Assembly: GCA_022646745.1 (NCBI GenBank) | Contig: CP060262.1 | Span: 2,280,001-2,312,000 of the forward strand | DNA from: Planctomycetales bacterium | GTDB taxonomy: Bacteria; 4484-113; JAFGCY01 | Length of the DNA stretch: 32,000 nucleotides | Reading direction: 5' to 3' | In this document: positions 26,062-32,000 of the stretch, one piece after another | How positions within the stretch are numbered: the stretch's first letter is position 1 | How the letters are laid out: every line of letters begins with the position of its first letter | Program-made: the position numbers and the translations under genes | The notes under the pieces: generated by a model | The model's input: the letters and a program-made list of their open reading frames with translations, nothing else | What the model was told of the DNA's origin: nothing | The model's database searches: none

Positions 26062-29000
26062 ATGTTGCGCAGAATCCTCCCGGCAGCAATCCTGCTGCTC
26101 AGCTTTACCGCCACGAGCGCCTGGGCCCTGACCGACAGGGTCGAGGTATCCAGTCCATGTGTCAGTGCCGACGGCAAGGACGTCTACTTCTCCGCCTGGG
26201 GTGACATCTGGGTCAGCGACCGCAAGGCCGAGCAGCCCGCCCGCCAGCTGACAAACAGCGTGGCTGACGACGACATGCCGATGCTGTCGCCGGATGGCAA
26301 GTGGCTGGCCTTCGGCAGCGACCGGCATGGCAGCTGGGACGTGATGGTGATGCCGGCCAGCGGCGGGCAGCCGCGCCGCCTGACCTGGTCAAGCGACTCC
26401 GAGATGCCCTGCGCCTGGAGCCCGGACGGCACACGCATCCTGTTCTCCAGCGGGGTGGACCAGGCTTGGCTGCCGACCCTGTGGGAGGTTGACCTGGACG
26501 GAGGTGCGCCGCGCCAGCTCGGCGGGCCGGACTACCTTGAGCGCATCAACGGTTGCTATGCCGGCGGTGCTGACCGCATCCTGATCCAGCGTGGCGTCGG
26601 CGACTGGTGGCGGCGCAACTACCGTGGATCATTCACATACGACATCTACAGCTACGACCGCGGCTCGCATGCCCTGACCCGCCTGACGGAGTTCGACGGG
26701 CTGGATGCCTGGCCGCAGGGCAGCCCGGATGGCAAGACGGTCTACTTCGTCAGCGACCGCAACGGCAGCCGCAACATCTACAGCATCCCGCTGGCCGGTG
26801 GCAAGGAGCCGAAGAAGGTCAGCGACTTCAATGGCAACGGCCCGACCAGCCTGCGCCTGAGCACGGATGGGGACGAGATCGCATGCGAGGCATTCGGCGA
26901 ACTGTGGCTGGTCAGCGCGGACGGCACCGGCAAGCAGCGCGTGCCCGTCAAGATCGCAGCCGACCCGAAGCGTGAATGGGTGCTGCAGCGCGATGAGAAC
27001 CAGGTGACGGACTTCCACATCTCCCCGAATGGCAACTATTTCCTGATGGAAGTGGACGGCGACCTGCACATCCTGAAGAACCCGGACTCCTACAAGGAGG
27101 ACGAGAAGCCGGACCAGGACCTGTCGCGCACGCACCACATCATCAGGGACGCGGGCTGGGAGCGTCAGTTCTCCTGGCATCCGGACGGCACGAGCTTCGT
27201 GTACGTCTCGGACCGCAGCGGGCAGAATGAGCTGTACCTGCATGACCTGCAGACCGGAGAGGAGAAGAAGCTGACTGACAGCAAGGATCCGGAGTGGGCT
27301 CCGCGTTTCGCCCCGAAGGGTGAGCGCATCGCCTATGTGCGTGGCAACACCGAGCTAAGGGTGATGGACCTCGAGGATGACACGGACGAGCTGATCTACC
27401 GTGGCAACATCAAGCGCAACGACTGGGTGGCCGGCTTCGACTGGGCGCCGGACGGCTACTGGCTTGCCTTCTGCTCACACCAGGGCAACCTGTTCTTCGA
27501 TGTGTACCTTGCCAACGTGGAGACCCGCGAGCCGGAGGACATCAGCCAGACGCCTGACAACGCGATGAACCCGGTGTTCAGCCGCGACGGCAAGTGGCTG
27601 GCCTGGTCGCAGTCCAGCCAGGTGTTCGATGAAAGCAGTGCGATGCTGTTGCGCCTCGTGCCCGAAGGCAACACCTACAACGATGACCTGCTCTTCCCGG
27701 AGGACCGGCCGAAGGAGGATGAAAATGCGGAGGAGGAAGCCAGCGGCGACGATGCGGCTGCTGGCGATGAAGCTGCGGCTGGCGACGAAGACTCAGCCGG
27801 GGATGAAGAAGCTGGCGATGGCGACGCAGCAGGCGAGGAAGAAGCTGCCGAGAGCGACGACAAGGACGAAGAGTCTGATGAGGAGGAGGACAAGGGTCAG
27901 AAGTATGACCCGATCGAGATCGACTTCGAGCGGATTCATGAGCGCTACTTCCCGGTCGGCACTCAGTTCGTGCGAGGCGGAGCCGAGATCTTCGACTTTG
28001 ACAGCAAATACCTGTTCTTCAGCACCGGCGGGCCGGGCGGCGGCGGGCTGTGGGCTTATGACCTGGACAGCGGCCAGGAGAGCCCGCTGGACGGTGGGTT
28101 CAACGGTGGCAACCTGCACTACGGCAAGGATGGCAAGCGCCTGTACTACAGTGGGCGTGGCTCTATCGGCTACCTGGAACTCAGTGGCAACCAGAAGCGC
28201 GGCCAGGGCAGCGTGCCAGTCACGGCCGAGGTGAACTTCGACCAGCGCGAGCGCTGGGCGGAAGTGCTGAAGGATGCCTGGCGGCAGATTGGCTACAACT
28301 TCTATGACAGCCACATGCATGGCATCGACTGGGATCCGGTGCTGCCGAAGTACCAGAAGCGCCTCGAGGGCGTTGGCACCACGCGTGAGTTCAACCGCCT
28401 GCTGACCGAGATGGTCGGCGAGATCAACTCCTCCCACACCTGGGCATATGTACCGAACCTGGAGGGCAGTGCCGGCCCTTCTGACAACACCGGCTTCCTT
28501 GGCGTGGACTACGACACAAGCTGGCCCGGCCCGGGCTGGCTGGTGGAGCGCAGCCTGCAGGATGGCCCGGCGGATGAGCCAGGGCATGAGCTGTACGATG
28601 GCGACGTGATCCTCGCAATCGACGGCAAGGAGATCCAGCCGACTGACAACCGCTTTGCGCTGCTGCGCAACAAGGCCGGGCAGATCGTGCGCCTGCGCGT
28701 GAAGAGCGGTGAGGCGGCACTGGCGGCCGAGGCCGACTGGCAGGCGAAGCAGGATGCCGATGAAGCAAAGGACGGCATGGACAAGAAGAAGGATGAGAAG
28801 GCGGAAGCCACATATCCGCTTACGTCTGACAACGGTGAGCGCGAACTGCTGCTGCGCCTGTCTGGCAATGAGGGCCGGCTGCGCTACCAGCAATGGGTAG
28901 TCGACCGCAAGGATGAGGTGAAGGAACTGAGCGATGGCCGGATCGCCTACGTGCACCTGCCCGCGATGTTCATGGGAGCCTACAACGACCTGTTCCGCGA

Positions 29001-29490
29001 GATCTTCGGCCCTCAGAAGGACTGCGATGCGCTGATCATCGACGTGCGCTTCAACAATGGTGGCAACATCCACAATGAGCTGGCGGAACTGTTCAGCCGC
29101 AGGATGTTCGCGACGGTCAACCCGCGCGGCGGGCCGTTCAGCAAGGAACCGTCCTTCACCTGGGAACGTCCGGTGGTGATGCTGATCAATGAGCGTGCCT
29201 ACAGTGACGGTGAGATCGTGCCGCATGTGTTCCAGCAGCTGGGCCTGGCGACGCTGATCGGCATGCCGACCGGAGGCAACGTGATCCGCTCCGGCGGTGT
29301 GAGCCTGATGGACGGCAGCGGGATCGCCACGCCGGCGGACGGCTTCTACATGAGTACCGGCCTGAACACGGAGCGCAACGGCGTGCAGCCTGACATCGAG
29401 GTGCAGGTTGATCCGCTATTGCTGGAGCAGGGCCGGGACAACCAGATCGAGGCAGCTGTCAAGTACCTGCTGGAACAGCTCAGCAAGTAA
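26062..29490 (+). CDS. Tricorn-like protease (beta-propeller/PD40 repeats, PDZ, S41 peptidase) with a signal peptide
   Basis: 1142 aa with signal peptide MLRRILPAAILLLSFTATSAWA and many TolB/PD40-like repeats (SPDGKWLAF, SPDGTRILF, SPDGKTVYFVSDRNG, HPDGTSFVYVSDRSG). A C1-like helical region (DSHMHGIDW ... EMVGEINSSHTW) and a PDZ (DGDVILAIDGKEI) follow. The S41/tricorn catalytic region is IIDVRFNNGGN and NERAYSDGE. Confidence 0.85.
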   Translation: MLRRILPAAILLLSFTATSAWALTDRVEVSSPCVSADGKDVYFSAWGDIWVSDRKAEQPARQLTNSVADDDMPMLSPDGKWLAFGSDRHGSWDVMVMPASGGQPRRLTWSSDSEMPCAWSPDGTRILFSSGVDQAWLPTLWEVDLDGGAPRQLGGPDYLERINGCYAGGADRILIQRGVGDWWRRNYRGSFTYDIYSYDRGSHALTRLTEFDGLDAWPQGSPDGKTVYFVSDRNGSRNIYSIPLAGGKEPKKVSDFNGNGPTSLRLSTDGDEIACEAFGELWLVSADGTGKQRVPVKIAADPKREWVLQRDENQVTDFHISPNGNYFLMEVDGDLHILKNPDSYKEDEKPDQDLSRTHHIIRDAGWERQFSWHPDGTSFVYVSDRSGQNELYLHDLQTGEEKKLTDSKDPEWAPRFAPKGERIAYVRGNTELRVMDLEDDTDELIYRGNIKRNDWVAGFDWAPDGYWLAFCSHQGNLFFDVYLANVETREPEDISQTPDNAMNPVFSRDGKWLAWSQSSQVFDESSAMLLRLVPEGNTYNDDLLFPEDRPKEDENAEEEASGDDAAAGDEAAAGDEDSAGDEEAGDGDAAGEEEAAESDDKDEESDEEEDKGQKYDPIEIDFERIHERYFPVGTQFVRGGAEIFDFDSKYLFFSTGGPGGGGLWAYDLDSGQESPLDGGFNGGNLHYGKDGKRLYYSGRGSIGYLELSGNQKRGQGSVPVTAEVNFDQRERWAEVLKDAWRQIGYNFYDSHMHGIDWDPVLPKYQKRLEGVGTTREFNRLLTEMVGEINSSHTWAYVPNLEGSAGPSDNTGFLGVDYDTSWPGPGWLVERSLQDGPADEPGHELYDGDVILAIDGKEIQPTDNRFALLRNKAGQIVRLRVKSGEAALAAEADWQAKQDADEAKDGMDKKKDEKAEATYPLTSDNGERELLLRLSGNEGRLRYQQWVVDRKDEVKELSDGRIAYVHLPAMFMGAYNDLFREIFGPQKDCDALIIDVRFNNGGNIHNELAELFSRRMFATVNPRGGPFSKEPSFTWERPVVMLINERAYSDGEIVPHVFQQLGLATLIGMPTGGNVIRSGGVSLMDGSGIATPADGFYMSTGLNTERNGVQPDIEVQVDPLLLEQGRDNQIEAAVKYLLEQLSK

Positions 29491-29508
29491 GAAATCCTGG
29501 AGAATGCA

Positions 29509-32000
29509 ATGAGAACACTGCTGCTGGCGGTGGCAATCCTGCCTGCCTGCCTTGCCGTGGCGCAGGCCGCCGCACCCGAGGCATTCGTGGAGCATGCCAC
29601 GATCAGCGCCGACGGTCGGACCGTCTGGTTCGCGGCGCATGGCGACATCTGGTCCATGCCGGCGGACGGCGGCACGCCTGCCAACCGCCTGACTGACAAC
29701 GTGGCTTATGAGGACATGCCTGTGCTGTCGCCGGATGGGTCGCTGGTGGCCTTCCAGAGTGAGCGCTTCGGCAGCATTGACGTGTTCGTGATGCCGGCCG
29801 AGGGCGGCGAGGCCACGCGGCTGACATGGCACAGCTACCCGGACCATCTGCTGGGTTGGCAACCGGATGGCCGGGCGCTCTTGGTTTCATCGCTGCGTGA
29901 CGACTGGCCGGCACCGTCCCTGTGGCGCATCCCGCTGGACGGCGGGCAGCCCGAGCGCATCACCGGTCCGGACCAGGATGACAACAACTATGCGGATTTC
30001 ACCGGGGACGGCGCGATCATCTACGCCCGTGGCCCCGGATATGACTACCGCAAGCGGCACCGCGGCTCTGATTCCTATGACCTCTGGCGCTTCGACATGG
30101 AGACGGGCAGGCATAGCGAATTCGTACGCAGCCCGGGCCGGGACAGCTGGCCGCAGGTGGACCGCGGCAGCGGCACGCTGTTTTTCGTCAGCGACCGCGA
30201 TGGGACTGACAACATCTTCTCGATGCCGCTGGCTGGCGGGCAGGCCAGGCAGCTGACACATTACACGGATGACGGCCCGCAGTTCCTGCGGCTCAGCCCG
30301 GATGCGGATGAGCTGGTGTTCTCGGTGTTCGGCAGCCTGCATGTGATGCAGCTGGCGGATGGCAGCGAGCGCAGCATCCCGGTGCGGCTGAAAAGCGAGG
30401 GCAAGCATGCTGATGTGGTGGAGCAGACCGTGCGAAACGATGTGGAGGAACTGGCGGTCAGCCCCGACGGCAAGTACTTCGCCCTGATCGTCAATTCCGA
30501 CCTGCACCTGCTGAAGAATCCGGACAGCTATCCCGAGGATGCGAAGCCGGACCAGGACCTGAGCATGACGATCCCGCTCTTGACCAGCGCCGGCCGCGAG
30601 CGCAGCCCGAACTGGCACCATGACGGGCGGCGGATTGCATACCTGTCGGACCGTAACGGGCAGTTTGATGTTTTTGAATTCGACCTGGAAAGCGGCGAGG
30701 AGCGGCAGCTGACGGACAGCCCGGTTGACGAGGGCATGCCGCGCTGGTCTCCGGTGGATGACCGCCTGCTGTACCTCAGTGGCAACCACGACATGCAGGT
30801 GCTGGACACCGCGACGGGTGAAAGCCTGCAGCTGCAGCATGCGGAATTCCGCATCGGGCCCTTCGGTGACAGTGGCTACTGGTCGCCGGACGGGGCCTGG
30901 ATCGCCTACAGCGTGGCGCCGGTCTGGTGGAGCGCGGATGTGTTCGTGATGCCCAGCGGCGGCGGCGATCCTGTCAACATCAGCATGACACCAGACAATG
31001 AAGGTGACCCGGTCTGGTCACCGGACGGACGTTTCCTCGGCTTCAGCTTCAGCAGCAGCGATGACTACTCCAACGAATTCGGTTCGCGAGCCCGCCTGCT
31101 GCTGCTTGAGCATGAGGAGCAGCATTACGACCCGGAACTGCTGTTCGAGGAGGACCGCATAAACCCGGAGGATGAAACGGCAGCCGATGAGGAGGCATCC
31201 GCTGAGGATGCTGAGCAGAAGCCTGAAGAGGATGGCGACGCTGCTGCCGGCGATGAGGAGGAAGCCGTGGAGCCGGTGCAGATCGACTTCACCGAGATTG
31301 AGAACCGGGCCGAGACCATCCCACCCTGGGGTGGCGATGCCTCCTTCAGGCTGTTCAGCCCGGATGGCAGCGTGGCTTACATCGTGCTGGATGACGGCGG
31401 CGACAACATGCTCGCTGCGGTTGACACCGAGAGCCTGGAAATGGAGGTGCTCGGCCCCGCCAAGCTGCGCGGCATGCAGATCACGGCGGATGGCAAGCGG
31501 ATCTACGGCCTGGTGGGCGGCAGCATCAGCTACCTCGACATCGACGGGATGGAGATGCGCGGCGGTGGCAGCATCGCCAGCAGCAGCAGCGTGGTGCAGG
31601 ACCGCTTCGCGCTGCGCCGCCAGTCCTTCAATGAGATGTGGCGCATCCTGCGTGACAACTTCTATGACAAGGGCCTGCATGGCACCGACTGGCAGGTTGT
31701 CAAGCGCAAGTATGAGCCACTGCTGGAGAGCGTGCCGACCGGCGAGGAATACACGATGCTGATGAACCGCATGGTCGGGGAGCTGGCGGCATCGCATTCC
31801 TGGTTCTTCAGCCCGGATGGCAGCGCCAGCAACCCGCAGGCTACTGGCTCACTGGGCATCGAACTCGACCCGGACTACAACGGTCCAGGCTGGCGGGTTG
31901 CCAGCGTGCTTTACGGCTCCCCGGCCTGGCAGCGGGGCAGTGAGCTGTTCCCGGGTGACGTGATCCTCTCAGTCAATGGCGATGAGGTGGGGGCGGGCAC
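29509..32000 (+). CDS. Second tricorn-like protease paralog, 3' end beyond the window (absent from the supplied ORF track)
   Basis: ATG 29509 is preceded by GGAGA, 18 nt after the stop of the first paralog. I read the frame by eye to base 32000 without a stop. It has signal peptide MRTLLLAVAILPACLAVAQA and is collinear with the first paralog (GDIWSMPADGG, SPDGSLVAFQSERFG, FFVSDRDGTDNIF, DKGLHGTDW, MVGELAASHSW, GDVILSVNGDEV). Confidence 0.85.
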   Translation, partial: MRTLLLAVAILPACLAVAQAAAPEAFVEHATISADGRTVWFAAHGDIWSMPADGGTPANRLTDNVAYEDMPVLSPDGSLVAFQSERFGSIDVFVMPAEGGEATRLTWHSYPDHLLGWQPDGRALLVSSLRDDWPAPSLWRIPLDGGQPERITGPDQDDNNYADFTGDGAIIYARGPGYDYRKRHRGSDSYDLWRFDMETGRHSEFVRSPGRDSWPQVDRGSGTLFFVSDRDGTDNIFSMPLAGGQARQLTHYTDDGPQFLRLSPDADELVFSVFGSLHVMQLADGSERSIPVRLKSEGKHADVVEQTVRNDVEELAVSPDGKYFALIVNSDLHLLKNPDSYPEDAKPDQDLSMTIPLLTSAGRERSPNWHHDGRRIAYLSDRNGQFDVFEFDLESGEERQLTDSPVDEGMPRWSPVDDRLLYLSGNHDMQVLDTATGESLQLQHAEFRIGPFGDSGYWSPDGAWIAYSVAPVWWSADVFVMPSGGGDPVNISMTPDNEGDPVWSPDGRFLGFSFSSSDDYSNEFGSRARLLLLEHEEQHYDPELLFEEDRINPEDETAADEEASAEDAEQKPEEDGDAAAGDEEEAVEPVQIDFTEIENRAETIPPWGGDASFRLFSPDGSVAYIVLDDGGDNMLAAVDTESLEMEVLGPAKLRGMQITADGKRIYGLVGGSISYLDIDGMEMRGGGSIASSSSVVQDRFALRRQSFNEMWRILRDNFYDKGLHGTDWQVVKRKYEPLLESVPTGEEYTMLMNRMVGELAASHSWFFSPDGSASNPQATGSLGIELDPDYNGPGWRVASVLYGSPAWQRGSELFPGDVILSVNGDEVGAG

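Noticed and set aside
27793-29226. 477-aa ORF on the minus strand, plus similar ones at 29887..30840, 31018..31797 and 26629..27243
   Set aside because: These lie entirely antisense to the well-supported tricorn-like genes. Their Arg/Ala/Val/His-rich, motif-free composition is typical of shadow ORFs in high-G+C coding DNA.

Overview
High-G+C bacterial chromosomal segment with noticeably AT-richer intergenic regions. I cannot assign a phylum from sequence alone. Most of the window is housekeeping or ordinary accessory content: malic enzyme (5' partial), Lon, AcpS, GpsA, an RlmB-type methyltransferase, a quinone oxidoreductase, an M3-like peptidase, a DCC thiol oxidoreductase, a REC-PP2C response regulator, and Rrf2 and WYL regulators. 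There is also a set of exported or envelope proteins: a TPR protein coupled to a ~920-aa multi-PKD protein, a membrane-anchored multiheme cytochrome (11 CXXCH plus 1 CX4CH), a CAP-domain lipoprotein, a VWA protein, and two tandem tricorn-like S41 proteases. The second protease is missing from the ORF track because it runs off the window. One tRNA-Asn(GTT) is present. No CRISPR array, rRNA, integrase or transposase was seen. No clearly novel multi-gene system can be demonstrated. The most unusual structure visible directly in the DNA is a small GIY-YIG (YhbQ/YazA-like) gene lying between tRNA-Asn and a perfect 47-bp copy of the tRNA 3' half. Secondary leads are: the tandem signal-peptide tricorn paralogs with acidic inserts and a small Cys-peptide gene upstream; an RlmB with a ~235-aa Arg/Asp/Gly/Pro/Tyr repeat N-terminal extension; an Rrf2 regulator with atypical Cys spacing and a Cys-rich tail next to the cytochrome; a promoter-plus-terminator pair with no ORF (candidate sRNA); two paralogous small proteins; and an isolated WYL regulator. 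All functional calls rest on motif recognition by eye, with no database search.
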